In this document: positions 27,594-36,539 of the stretch, piece after piece | Layout: the number at the start of each line of letters is the position of its first letter | Position numbering within the stretch: the stretch's first letter is position 1 | Origin: Candidatus Limiplasma sp. | GTDB lineage: Bacteria; Bacillota; Clostridia; Christensenellales; Aristaeellaceae | Direction: 5' to 3' | Length of the DNA stretch: 64,000 nt | Assembly: GCA_035399245.1 (NCBI GenBank) | Contig: DAOPIR010000001.1 | Span: 1,116-65,115 of the forward strand | Program-made: the position numbers and the translations under genes | Notes under the pieces: model-generated | Databases searched by the model: none | The model's input: only the letters and a program-made list of their open reading frames with translations | Told to the model about the DNA's origin: nothing

Positions 27594-29468
27594 ATGAGCG
27601 TTGTCATCCTGCCGCTTGTGCTGATCACGCTGGCGGCGCTGGCCGTCGGCTATTGGTTTGACCGGAGGTTTGAAACCGCGCTGCCCGTAACGGTGCTGGG
27701 CGTGATGCTTGTTTTGTACGCCTTTTATGCGTTTGATCTGCTCCGCGTAGGGCGGGTGGCGGTAATCGCTGTGTGCGCCGCGCTGCCGGCGGCCGCGGCT
27801 GTGCGCATGGTGCGGCGGCGGGACGCGGCGGCGTTTGTTAAATCAGCGGTGCTCACGCCGCAGATGGCGCTGTACCTGCTGCTGATCGTGCTGTTTTTCT
27901 ACCTCTCGCGGGATAAGCTGGTGGCGATCTGGGACGAGCTGCGCCTGTGGGGCTCGCTGCCCAAGGCACTGCATGCCTACGGCACGCTGCAGTTTGGCGA
28001 GGATGCCTCGCTGTATTCGTTTTCTCAGTCTTACCCGCCCGTAATGCCGCTGCTGCAATACTTTTTCGTCAGCTTTTCTTCCGTGTTTTCGGAAGGCGCG
28101 CTGTACTTCACCCGCGCGTGGTTCGGGCTTGCATTGCTGCTGCCGCTGACGCGCGGCATGGGCTGGCGCAGCTGGCATGGGCTGGCCGCCATCGCGTTTT
28201 TGATGGTGTTCGTGCCCTACTGCCTCACCACCAACGATCCCGATTACGCCTTTTACTACGAAAGCCTGTACGTGGACGCGCCGGCGGGGCTGCTGTGCGG
28301 CTACCTGTGCTGGCAGGCGGCCAACGACTGCTATAGGGACCGGTTTTCCGCCGCCGCCTTTGCCGTCACCCTTGCCGCACTGACGCTGATGAAGGATTTC
28401 GGCATCCTGTTCGGCGGGCTGTGCCTGCTGGGCAGCCTGCACTGGGTGCGGGCGCATAAGCCGCGCAAGCCCGCCATTCTCCGCGCCGCGATCGCCGCCG
28501 CCGCGCTGGTGGCCGCGTATCTGTCGTGGCAGCTGCTGATGCGCCTGTATAACGTGGTGAACTACAACACCATCACCGCGACCATCCCGACGCTTGCAAC
28601 GCTTTTCACCGCGTTTGGGTACTATGCCTCACTGACGTTCACCGTCAGCCTTTGGGCGGCAACGCTGACGGTGCCCTACGGCACATATCTGCTGGCGCTG
28701 CTGCTGCTGTACGCGCTGCTGGTCTGCCGCGGCAAGCGGCTGTACAAGCGGGACGCCCTGTTCATCCTGCTGCGGATCATCGGCTACGGCGGCTACTTTT
28801 TTGCGTATGTAATGATGTTCCGCGACGACATCGCGGGCGGCAGCTATCCCAGCATCGCGCGCTATATGGCGGCCATGCTGCTGTGCGAAACCTATGTGTT
28901 TTTGATGACATGGATGCAGGTTTCCCGTCGCGAAAGGCGCTTCCTGCACCGCCCGTTCCCCTCGCTGCAGGCCAGCAGCAAGGCGGCGGCCGTGCTGCTG
29001 ACCGCCGCGCTGCTCGCCCTGTCCGTACCGACGATACAGGGCTTTTGGCAGTATGACGGCGGCGTGTACTGGGACGCGGAGCAGGCCGCAGAGCTGGTGG
29101 AGGATAATATTGATTCCACTGACGGCGAAATTGCGGATATCTGGCTGGTGATCGGCGGCGACGCGTGGGAAAACTCCCTGCTGCACCACCGCGTGTACTT
29201 CGATCTGGTCGGCACGGGCGCGCGCATCAAGACCTACATTCTGCAAACCAACATCACCCAAAGCGGGCAGGGCTACACGCCCGATACCTTCCTGGCCGCG
29301 CTGCAATCGGGCGGCTATGACTATGTGCTGCTGCTCTACGGCGACGACGAATTGCAGGAGGAATTTGGCTCCCTCTTCCCCGAACTGGAGCCCTATATGA
29401 CGGATTTTCTATTGTACAAGGTGGACGATCAGGACGACGGCAGTGTAACGCTTTCGTTCGCGGCGTAA
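27594..29468 (+). CDS. Large polytopic membrane protein with a C-terminal soluble domain (function unknown), paralog B
   Basis: Same architecture as 25614-27461 with shared short motifs (TL.KD.G, W....AK/PKA...GSL/GTL, GYDYVLLLYGDD). RBS AAAAGGAG. Confidence 0.7.
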   Translation: MSVVILPLVLITLAALAVGYWFDRRFETALPVTVLGVMLVLYAFYAFDLLRVGRVAVIAVCAALPAAAAVRMVRRRDAAAFVKSAVLTPQMALYLLLIVLFFYLSRDKLVAIWDELRLWGSLPKALHAYGTLQFGEDASLYSFSQSYPPVMPLLQYFFVSFSSVFSEGALYFTRAWFGLALLLPLTRGMGWRSWHGLAAIAFLMVFVPYCLTTNDPDYAFYYESLYVDAPAGLLCGYLCWQAANDCYRDRFSAAAFAVTLAALTLMKDFGILFGGLCLLGSLHWVRAHKPRKPAILRAAIAAAALVAAYLSWQLLMRLYNVVNYNTITATIPTLATLFTAFGYYASLTFTVSLWAATLTVPYGTYLLALLLLYALLVCRGKRLYKRDALFILLRIIGYGGYFFAYVMMFRDDIAGGSYPSIARYMAAMLLCETYVFLMTWMQVSRRERRFLHRPFPSLQASSKAAAVLLTAALLALSVPTIQGFWQYDGGVYWDAEQAAELVEDNIDSTDGEIADIWLVIGGDAWENSLLHHRVYFDLVGTGARIKTYILQTNITQSGQGYTPDTFLAALQSGGYDYVLLLYGDDELQEEFGSLFPELEPYMTDFLLYKVDDQDDGSVTLSFAA

Positions 29469-29469
29469 T

Positions 29470-30219
29470 TTACGGTTTCACGGCGCAGGTCGCCCAGTAA
29501 GCGGGAATGTTGAACTTTGCGCTCGTCCCTTGGGTATCTACGTCCTCATATACATCCAGCAGGTGAAATCCAGCCTGCAGCTGGCCGCGGATCTGCTCCT
29601 CCAGCGTATGGGAAAACTGCACGCCGTCGTTGTCCCGCATCGCTTTTTCGTAAAGCGCTTTGTTTTGCAGCGGATTGTACGGCAAGCTGTATTTGATTTC
29701 TGTTTCATCCCAATCGATGATGAAATTAAACCCGTTATCCATACCCGCCAACAGACGGCCGCCGGGCTTGAGAATGCGATAGCACTCCCGCCACACGGGC
29801 TTGGCCTCCTCGATATAGCAGTTGGCCACGGGATGGAAGATCAGGTCGAAGCTGTTGTCCGCAAAGGGCAGCGGCTTGGTCATATCGGCACGCACAATAT
29901 GGATGGGATATCCCTCGCGCTCGGCGACCATCCGGTCGCTTTCCAGCTGCTTTTGAGAGTAATCCAGCACCGTACAGTTCGCGCCCAGCGCGGCAAACAC
30001 CGGCATCTGCTGCCCGCCGCCGCAGGCCAGCCCCAGCACCGCTTTGCCCCGCAGCGCGGGGTACCAGTCCCTGGGCACGGGCGTCGAAGGGGTCAGCAGC
30101 ATCTGCCACGTTCCCTGTTGAGCCGCCCGATACACATCGTGCGTGATCGGCGTGCCCCATTCCCAGCCGTCGTTTGCCCAGCTGTCGATCGTTTTCGCGT
30201 TTATATCCTGATAATTCAT
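29470..30219 (-). CDS. Class I SAM-dependent methyltransferase (small-molecule type)
   Basis: Motif I VLGLACGGGQQ, acidic post-I LDYS, and FDLIFHPVANCY / LKPGGRLL. No (D/N/S)PP(Y/F) DNA-methylase motif. Its RBS GAGGA lies inside the KAP gene 3' end. Confidence 0.8.
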   Translation of the reverse strand: MNYQDINAKTIDSWANDGWEWGTPITHDVYRAAQQGTWQMLLTPSTPVPRDWYPALRGKAVLGLACGGGQQMPVFAALGANCTVLDYSQKQLESDRMVAEREGYPIHIVRADMTKPLPFADNSFDLIFHPVANCYIEEAKPVWRECYRILKPGGRLLAGMDNGFNFIIDWDETEIKYSLPYNPLQNKALYEKAMRDNDGVQFSHTLEEQIRGQLQAGFHLLDVYEDVDTQGTSAKFNIPAYWATCAVKP

Positions 30220-30224
30220 CGCTT

Positions 30225-32336
30225 TTATCCTCTAACTCTGCTTTGCCAGGCAGGACAGGCGTCCAGCACCACCCGATGCGCCACGCGGTTGATCTGGTCG
30301 TCCATCAGGGAAAAGGCGACGCAGTCCAGCTGCACGTCCTGGGGCAGGGCGGCAAAGGCGGGCGTGCCCCGCAGGCGCAGGATAGCGGCCAGCGCGTCGG
30401 CGCGTGTAAAATCGTCCGAAAACGCGTGCCGTCCGTCCATATCCCCGTATTGGTATTCCATGCGCGCGCCGCGGTCAAAGCGGCGGGTCAGGCACGATAA
30501 AAGCCGTGCCATGTTGCCGTCGTCAAGCATCAGTTGGTTAAAATACGCCATAAAGGACGCGTCGTCCGCCTGTTTCCAAAACGTGAGCACCGGCAGCGGA
30601 TGGGGCGTCAGCAGCCAGTTGCCGCCGTCCGCATAGGCACGGATCTTGCGCAGCAGCCGCTCGCCGTAAGCCCGTACCGTTTCCCTGCCGACCGTAACGC
30701 CCTCCGCGTCCGGACTGTTACTTTGGATACGCTGCACCAGCACCGCCAGCGCCGGCAGCGTGCCTTCCGCGGCATTTTCGATCGCCTGCGCCAGGCAGTG
30801 TGCCTGCGTATCCGCGTCCATTTGGGCCAGGATACACAGCGCCGCATAACAGCACGACTGGAAATGCGAACGCTGCAGCGGCTTTTCCGACGGGGTTTTT
30901 TCTTCCGGCAGACGGCTGAGCCACAGCGTTTCCAAAAAGAACATCGGCAGCTTACCGTTGTCGATATCCTCCAGATAATGCGGCAGCTGGGCGATATACG
31001 CGCCGCGCCGCTGCGCCTGCATGCCGTCGGTAAACGCGCGCAGGGCCGCCGCGTCCATGGTGCGGACGGAGCGCATTATCTCCTGGCGCGTAACGGTCAG
31101 CGTTTCCGGCGACAGCGTGAAATACAGATCAAAAAATTCCTCGCAGCAGATGCGGCGCATGCGCATATAGTGCTGATCGGGCTCCTCGCCGTAGACATCC
31201 AGCACGTTGGCGCCGTAGCGCGGGAACATGTGCCCAATCAGCGGCAGCAGGGTTTTATCGCCGTTTGCGCCAAGCTCACCGACCATGCGCTGATGGTCGC
31301 GCTTGAGGCGCTGCTTCTCCGTGCTTCCCGCCGCGGCAAACGCCAGCCCACCGCCGCGCAGCAGATCGTCCCGATGGGCAAGCATCCACGGCAGCGCCCG
31401 GGGCACATGCAGCTGCAGCGCGGTAACCGCCGCCAGATCGGCGAAGTTCACCTCGTTGCCCAAGAGCTGGTAGTGGAAACGGAAGGTATTGATAAAGCGG
31501 TACACATCACGGATGCTCGTGATATGCGCATACAAAAACGGCTTCAGCTCGTCCAGATACGCCGGATCGCAGTTCAGGTCGGCCTTTGCCTGCCGCCAGA
31601 CCTCAAAATAGGCGTCGAGGACCGCCTGTATGCGGCCGCTTGGCGGTGCGGGCACGGGATAGACCGCCTGCATAAACTTTTGCAGGTATGCCCGTCCGTC
31701 CGCGTTCAGCTCTTTAGCCAGGGCATTGGCGACGATATCCTGATCAAACGACAGCAGATACACCATACGCGGAAAATCCGCCACGGTGTTGACCAGCTGC
31801 AGCGCGTGGCGGATGCGGCGGGAGGACAGCCGGTCGATATCGTCCATCATCACAAATATCCTGCGCTTCTGCTTTTTCAGCCGCTTGCAGGCCTTGGCCT
31901 TTTTCTTTAATACATCCTTTTGCAGCCTGCGCTTTTTCTTTTTGGCAGCCGGCTCCAGCGGGCCGCCGTACTGCAGCGCGGCGGCGTATCGGGCGACCGC
32001 CTTGCCGGCCTTGCGCAGCTTTTTGCCGTTATCGCGCCGCGTGAGCGCGGCGGCAAGCATTTGTAAAAATTGCCCCGGCAGCATTTCCGCCGAGGGATAC
32101 TGCCATGGGTTGAACCGGATCACAATCGCGCCGCCGGCCTTGCGCTTTTGCAGCGCTTCTTCCGTCAGGTTCAAAAGGGACGTTTTGCCCGATCCCCAGC
32201 TGCCGCAAAGCCCGATGGCAAAGCTATGCCTGCCCTTTGCCGGACAGGCAAGCATAGCAGACGCTATCTGCCGCGCAAACGCGCTGCGCCCCAGCAAATC
32301 TTCCTTTGCGGTTGTAATGGGTTGATCGGACAGCAT
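30225..32336 (-). CDS. KAP family P-loop NTPase without a TM insert, with a poly-Lys/Arg tract
   Basis: Walker A GSWGSGKTS (aa 45-53), FNPWQY (aa 75-80), Walker B IFVMMDDIDR (aa 160-169) and LSFD. The insert AKKKKRRLQKDVLKKKAKACKRLKKQKRR is aa 131-159. A helical C-terminal region of about 430 aa is unassigned. Confidence 0.8.
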   Translation of the reverse strand: MLSDQPITTAKEDLLGRSAFARQIASAMLACPAKGRHSFAIGLCGSWGSGKTSLLNLTEEALQKRKAGGAIVIRFNPWQYPSAEMLPGQFLQMLAAALTRRDNGKKLRKAGKAVARYAAALQYGGPLEPAAKKKKRRLQKDVLKKKAKACKRLKKQKRRIFVMMDDIDRLSSRRIRHALQLVNTVADFPRMVYLLSFDQDIVANALAKELNADGRAYLQKFMQAVYPVPAPPSGRIQAVLDAYFEVWRQAKADLNCDPAYLDELKPFLYAHITSIRDVYRFINTFRFHYQLLGNEVNFADLAAVTALQLHVPRALPWMLAHRDDLLRGGGLAFAAAGSTEKQRLKRDHQRMVGELGANGDKTLLPLIGHMFPRYGANVLDVYGEEPDQHYMRMRRICCEEFFDLYFTLSPETLTVTRQEIMRSVRTMDAAALRAFTDGMQAQRRGAYIAQLPHYLEDIDNGKLPMFFLETLWLSRLPEEKTPSEKPLQRSHFQSCCYAALCILAQMDADTQAHCLAQAIENAAEGTLPALAVLVQRIQSNSPDAEGVTVGRETVRAYGERLLRKIRAYADGGNWLLTPHPLPVLTFWKQADDASFMAYFNQLMLDDGNMARLLSCLTRRFDRGARMEYQYGDMDGRHAFSDDFTRADALAAILRLRGTPAFAALPQDVQLDCVAFSLMDDQINRVAHRVVLDACPAWQSRVRG

Positions 32337-32354
32337 GTGTAATCCTTTCGCGCG

Positions 32355-33287
32355 TTACTTAAGTTGTTCCCTGTTCCACGCGAGCAGGGCGCCAAGTTTG
32401 GTGCCAAAGCCCAGCGCGCGGTACATCGGCTCGTCACACGGCGCGCACCCTACCCACAGCGATACGATCCCTTCCTGCGCGCAGGTTATCTGTACATATT
32501 TCGTCAGCTGGCGCGCAATGCCCTGCCCGCGGAACACCGGCTCGATATAAAAATCCTCGAATACGCCCGCGATACGGCACTGAAACGTGGAAAAAATGCA
32601 GCTCACGGAGCACGTGCCCACCACACGCGTGCGGTATTTGGCCACATAAAAGCGGATGGCTCCGTCATCAATCGCCTCACGCAGGGCCATGCGTTGTTCC
32701 TCGGTAAGCTGCGGCTCCCCGATGGCGCGCTTATAATTGGCCTGCAGGGTGAAAATCTGGGAGATATCGGCTTCCCGCAGCGCCTCGCAGCGGATGGACA
32801 GCTCCTCGGGCGGCAGCACCATCATAAAATCACCGTCCGTGTTGTAACCGTTGGGCCGGAAGCCCAGCGATTCCCAAAACCTCCGCGCGCGGTTGGAGTG
32901 TGTGCCCAGCTCGTAATAGGCCGCCCGCTCCCGCTTTTGCAGCAGGCGGAAGCATGCCTTGCCAAAGCCTCTGCCGCGGTAAGGCGCGAAGATGCACATC
33001 TCCATCACGAAGCACTTGCCGTCCTCGCTGTGATAGGTGCAGCACAGGCAAAAGCCGATCCGCTCGCCGCCCTCCGCAACAAAATAGCGGTGCGCCGTAT
33101 CCATGGGGCGCGCGCAGAGCTTTTCGATCGCGTCCCGGTATTCGTCCGAACGGAAGTAGGCCAGGTCCTCCGCATCCATCGGCTCGCACAGGTCGGACGA
33201 CGGGATGAGGTCATCTGCCAAATAGGCGTCAAACGCCTCGCGATACGCGCGGATATCCTCCGGCGTTTCAATCAACTGCAGGTTCAT
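32355..33287 (-). CDS. GNAT family N-acetyltransferase (two tandem GNAT domains)
   Basis: Two acetyl-CoA motif A copies (FAPYRGRGFGKACF and EPVFRGQGIARQL). ATGA overlap with the upstream FetB-like gene. Confidence 0.8.
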   Translation of the reverse strand: MNLQLIETPEDIRAYREAFDAYLADDLIPSSDLCEPMDAEDLAYFRSDEYRDAIEKLCARPMDTAHRYFVAEGGERIGFCLCCTYHSEDGKCFVMEMCIFAPYRGRGFGKACFRLLQKRERAAYYELGTHSNRARRFWESLGFRPNGYNTDGDFMMVLPPEELSIRCEALREADISQIFTLQANYKRAIGEPQLTEEQRMALREAIDDGAIRFYVAKYRTRVVGTCSVSCIFSTFQCRIAGVFEDFYIEPVFRGQGIARQLTKYVQITCAQEGIVSLWVGCAPCDEPMYRALGFGTKLGALLAWNREQLK

Positions 33288-34069
33288 ACCGCACTTCCAA
33301 TCTGTATTTGGCTGCGCTTATTGTACAGGGTACGGTACCCGAAGTACAGCGACGCAAACGTGGACAGGCATACCGTGGTGCAGATGGCGATCATGATGGC
33401 GATCTGGTAGAGGATGGCCGTCATCGGCAGCGTGCCGGAGAGGATTTGGCCGGTCATCATCCCGGGCAGCGATACGATGCCGGTGCCAAGCATGGAGTTG
33501 ATGGTGGGCAGGATGGCCGTTTCCATCGCCTGCCGCACCAGCGGCAAAAACAGCTTGTCCGGCTTCACGCCCATGTTCTGCAGGGTTTCGATGCGCACGG
33601 TCTGGTCCTCCAGCAGCTGATAGAAGGTTTTTAAGCCCAGCGACACGCCCGTCATGGTGTTGCCCATCACCATGCCCGCAATGGGGATCACGTAGCGCGG
33701 ATTGCCAAGGCTTTCGCCAACGACCAGCCATACGAAATACGCTGTCACCATCAGCCCCGAAAACGCAATGGACGCGGCCACAATCAGGCGAAAGCGCGGG
33801 TTGAGCCGCTTATTGATGGAAAACACGCGGAAGATTGCAAAGGCAATCATGCCCGCGAGATACACCACGATAAACAAAGGGTGCGGGTTTTGGAAGATAT
33901 AGGTCAGTATCAGGCCCGCCAGCGTAAGCTGCAGCGACATGCGTACGCTCGCCCACAGCACGCTTCTGGTCTTGTTGATCTTGCCAAAGCGCATTACCGA
34001 GATCACCACGAGCAGCAGCAGGTAGATCAGCGCAAATTGCCACAGCTTGATCTGCACGATATCCGTCAT
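33284..34069 (-). CDS. fetB: FetB/YbbM (UPF0014) family ABC exporter permease
   Basis: 261 aa. IKLWQFALIYLLLLVVI...SVRMSLQLTLAGLILTYIF matches the FetB-family N-terminal pattern. Overlaps the ATPase gene stop. Confidence 0.75.
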   Translation of the reverse strand: MTDIVQIKLWQFALIYLLLLVVISVMRFGKINKTRSVLWASVRMSLQLTLAGLILTYIFQNPHPLFIVVYLAGMIAFAIFRVFSINKRLNPRFRLIVAASIAFSGLMVTAYFVWLVVGESLGNPRYVIPIAGMVMGNTMTGVSLGLKTFYQLLEDQTVRIETLQNMGVKPDKLFLPLVRQAMETAILPTINSMLGTGIVSLPGMMTGQILSGTLPMTAILYQIAIMIAICTTVCLSTFASLYFGYRTLYNKRSQIQIGSAV

Positions 34070-34698
34070 TCGCAGGCCTCCTCTGTGAGTGCGATGCGGT
34101 GATCCGCATACGCGGCGGCCAGCACCGGGTCGTGGGAGATGGCAACCAGCGTGATGCCCTCCTGCCGGCAGTGCGCCTTGATGCGCTCCAGCAGCTGCCG
34201 CGCGGTTTTCTGGTCCAGCGCCGAGGTCGGCTCATCCAGCATCAGCACCTTCGGGCGCATGGCCAGGTGGATGGCCAGAAACACGCGCTGGCGCTCACCG
34301 CCCGAAAGCGTCTGACAGCGCGAGGTGAGCGGCATTTCGAGGCTGCACAAGTGCAGGCAGGAGAGCATTTCCTCCTCGCTTGCGCAGGGCTCGCCGCGAT
34401 AGGCAAAGTATTGCTCAAAATTGCCGCGGATGGTATCGTCAAACAGGTACACCACCTGGCCGGCCAGCAGCACCTCCCGACGCAGCCGGATGGCGTCGAT
34501 CTCGTTGATATCGGTGCCGCCGTAGCGCACGGTGCCCTCGGCGGGCGAAAGCGTGCCGTTAAACAGCCGCAGCAGCGTGGTTTTGCCCGATCCGCTTGCG
34601 CCGCAGATGAACGTGGCGCTGCCTTGTTCGATCTCGATGGCGGGGTAGCGCAGGGTATCCAGGTACCGCAGGTTTTTTGCTGTAATGATCGCTTGCAT
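34066..34698 (-). CDS. fetA: FetA/YbbL-like ABC transporter ATP-binding protein
   Basis: Walker A GASGSGKTT, signature LSGGERQR, Walker B LMLDEPTSALD. ATG 34698 (MQAIITAKNL) preferred because the track start overlaps the upstream permease. Confidence 0.8.
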   Translation of the reverse strand: MQAIITAKNLRYLDTLRYPAIEIEQGSATFICGASGSGKTTLLRLFNGTLSPAEGTVRYGGTDINEIDAIRLRREVLLAGQVVYLFDDTIRGNFEQYFAYRGEPCASEEEMLSCLHLCSLEMPLTSRCQTLSGGERQRVFLAIHLAMRPKVLMLDEPTSALDQKTARQLLERIKAHCRQEGITLVAISHDPVLAAAYADHRIALTEEACE

Positions 34699-34702
34699 AT
34701 CG

Positions 34703-35506
34703 TTACACCGCCAAATCGCGCCGACTAAAGGCGACCACCGCACCGGCATACAGCAGCGCCGCGCCGATGAACAGCACCATCACGCCGCCCATGGCCCCGC
34801 TTGTGCCCGCGGCAATGGCCTCGGGCCGGAAGAGCGTGAAGAACGTGGCATATTTCAAGGATTCGGTCTTGTCACCCGCCTGCGCCAGCAGCTGCAGCAC
34901 AAACATCACCCCGGGGATACCCGCACCGAAGGCCAGCGAGGTACGGGATTCGTTGAATACACACGAGGAAAGGAAGCAGACGCCGCCGATGAACAGCTGC
35001 AGCCCCAAAAGCCCCAGGTTGACAAGCAGCAGCCTGCCGGTTTCGGCCTGCTTTGGCGCATAGGCCGCGATAGTGACGATCTCCAGCGCCGTTGTAAACA
35101 CGACCAGCGCCACGATGCCCGTGATCAGCACCATCATCTGGGTAATCGCCACCGTGCGGCGCTTGACCGGCGCGGCCAGCAGCGAAGCCATCGATCCCCG
35201 ATCCACATAGCGCGCCACCAGCCCGTTGCCGCGGATGATGGCGAAGATCATCGGGAACAAAAGCAGGATATAGCCGTACAGGCCCGACACCATATATCCC
35301 AGCAGCGTTAAGGATTCCTCGGTGAAATCCATGCTGAACGCGGCCATCATCTGCGGCATGGTCTCGTTGAACTGGCGAAACATGGTCAGCATTTCCGGCG
35401 AATACATCACGATAATCATCACGACATACAGGGCGAGGATGGCGGCAAATATCACCAGCAGTTTCCAGCTGGATTTCATTTCGCGCTTATACAGCGTCGC
35501 GTTCAT
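34703..35506 (-). CDS. ABC-2 type transporter permease
   Basis: 267 aa with six hydrophobic helices. ATGA-type overlap with its ATPase gene. Confidence 0.7.
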   Translation of the reverse strand: MNATLYKREMKSSWKLLVIFAAILALYVVMIIVMYSPEMLTMFRQFNETMPQMMAAFSMDFTEESLTLLGYMVSGLYGYILLLFPMIFAIIRGNGLVARYVDRGSMASLLAAPVKRRTVAITQMMVLITGIVALVVFTTALEIVTIAAYAPKQAETGRLLLVNLGLLGLQLFIGGVCFLSSCVFNESRTSLAFGAGIPGVMFVLQLLAQAGDKTESLKYATFFTLFRPEAIAAGTSGAMGGVMVLFIGAALLYAGAVVAFSRRDLAV

Positions 35507-36390
35507 TCGGCCTCACCTCCGTAATACTGCAAAAAGATCTCTTCCAGGCTCTGGTTGGGCGCGGTGAGGTTTTGCACGGGGTAGCGGTTCAGCGCGGCGA
35601 TCAGGTCGCGGATCGTATCGCCCACGGTAACCGCCACGCGGTGGTGGGTGAGCATCTCGGTGTGCAAATCCTCCTTGCAAAACGCCTCGGCGGCTTTGGA
35701 GTTTTCAAACGTGATGATGTACTTTTTCTGCTGCTTAGCCTTAAGCGCGTCTACCGAGTCCACCGCCACCAGCTTGCCCTGCCGGATGATGCCCACACGA
35801 TGGCAGGTGCGCTCCACCTCTTCAAACATGTGGCTGGACATCAGGATGGTTTTCCCGCGCTCCTTTTCGTGCATCACCAGCTCGATAAAGCGGCTCTGCA
35901 TCAGCGGGTCCAGCCCGCTGGTGGGCTCGTCCAAAATCAAAATGGACGGATCGTGCATCAGGGCGGCCACGATGCCGAGCTTCTGCTTCATCCCCTTGGA
36001 CATCTTCTTGATGCGGCCCGCGGGATTGAGGTCAAACCGTTCCAGCAGCTCCCGCTGGCGGCCCGTGCCCTGCATGCCGCGGTAGCGCGCGATAAAACGC
36101 AGGTATTCCGTGCCGGTCATATCGTCAAAAAAGGCGATCTCCCCGGGCACATAGCCCAGCGTCCGCTGGATCTGGGCGCGCTGCGCCCAGCAATCCATGC
36201 CGCCGATTTGGCAAACCCCCGCCCGCGGCTTCAAAAAGCCCATCAGGTGCCGGATGGTGGTGGTTTTGCCCGCGCCGTTGGGGCCCAAAAAGCCGAACGC
36301 CTCGCCCTCGTCAACGGCGAATGAAACGTCAAACACGCCGCGATGGCCACCGTAATCCCGGGTCAGATTTTGGATGGAAACGACGCTCAT
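35503..36390 (-). CDS. ABC transporter ATP-binding protein
   Basis: Walker A GPNGAGKTT, signature MSKGMKQKL, Walker B LILDEPTSGLD. Confidence 0.9.
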   Translation of the reverse strand: MSVVSIQNLTRDYGGHRGVFDVSFAVDEGEAFGFLGPNGAGKTTTIRHLMGFLKPRAGVCQIGGMDCWAQRAQIQRTLGYVPGEIAFFDDMTGTEYLRFIARYRGMQGTGRQRELLERFDLNPAGRIKKMSKGMKQKLGIVAALMHDPSILILDEPTSGLDPLMQSRFIELVMHEKERGKTILMSSHMFEEVERTCHRVGIIRQGKLVAVDSVDALKAKQQKKYIITFENSKAAEAFCKEDLHTEMLTHHRVAVTVGDTIRDLIAALNRYPVQNLTAPNQSLEEIFLQYYGGEAE

Positions 36391-36539
36391 ACCGGTATCC
36401 TCCTTGTGGTAATCTGCGATGAGCCCATCATACCAATACCTTGTAACAATTGCAAACGAAACCGTACCATTCGTCCCGCTTTATGCCTGTAAACCGGCCT
36501 TGTGTGTTATAATAGGCAAAACATAGTGAGAAAGTTCAG

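Noticed and set aside
25614-29468. Identical 624-aa length of the two paralogous membrane proteins in the ORF track
   Set aside because: This is probably coincidental. RBS placement (GGGAGG 6 nt before ATG 27461) suggests paralog A is really 615 aa, so the equal length is not evidence of recent duplication.
29470-32336. KAP NTPase plus methyltransferase as a restriction-modification-like or BREX-like pair
   Set aside because: The methyltransferase is a short class I enzyme without a (D/N/S)PP(Y/F/W) or PC-type DNA-methylase catalytic motif or a target-recognition domain. No nuclease, helicase or PglZ-like gene is present.
36391-36539. Apparent palindrome TTGTAACAATTGCAA in the ABC/MoxR divergent region as an operator
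   Set aside because: On checking, only the central CAATTG is self-complementary. The flanks do not pair.
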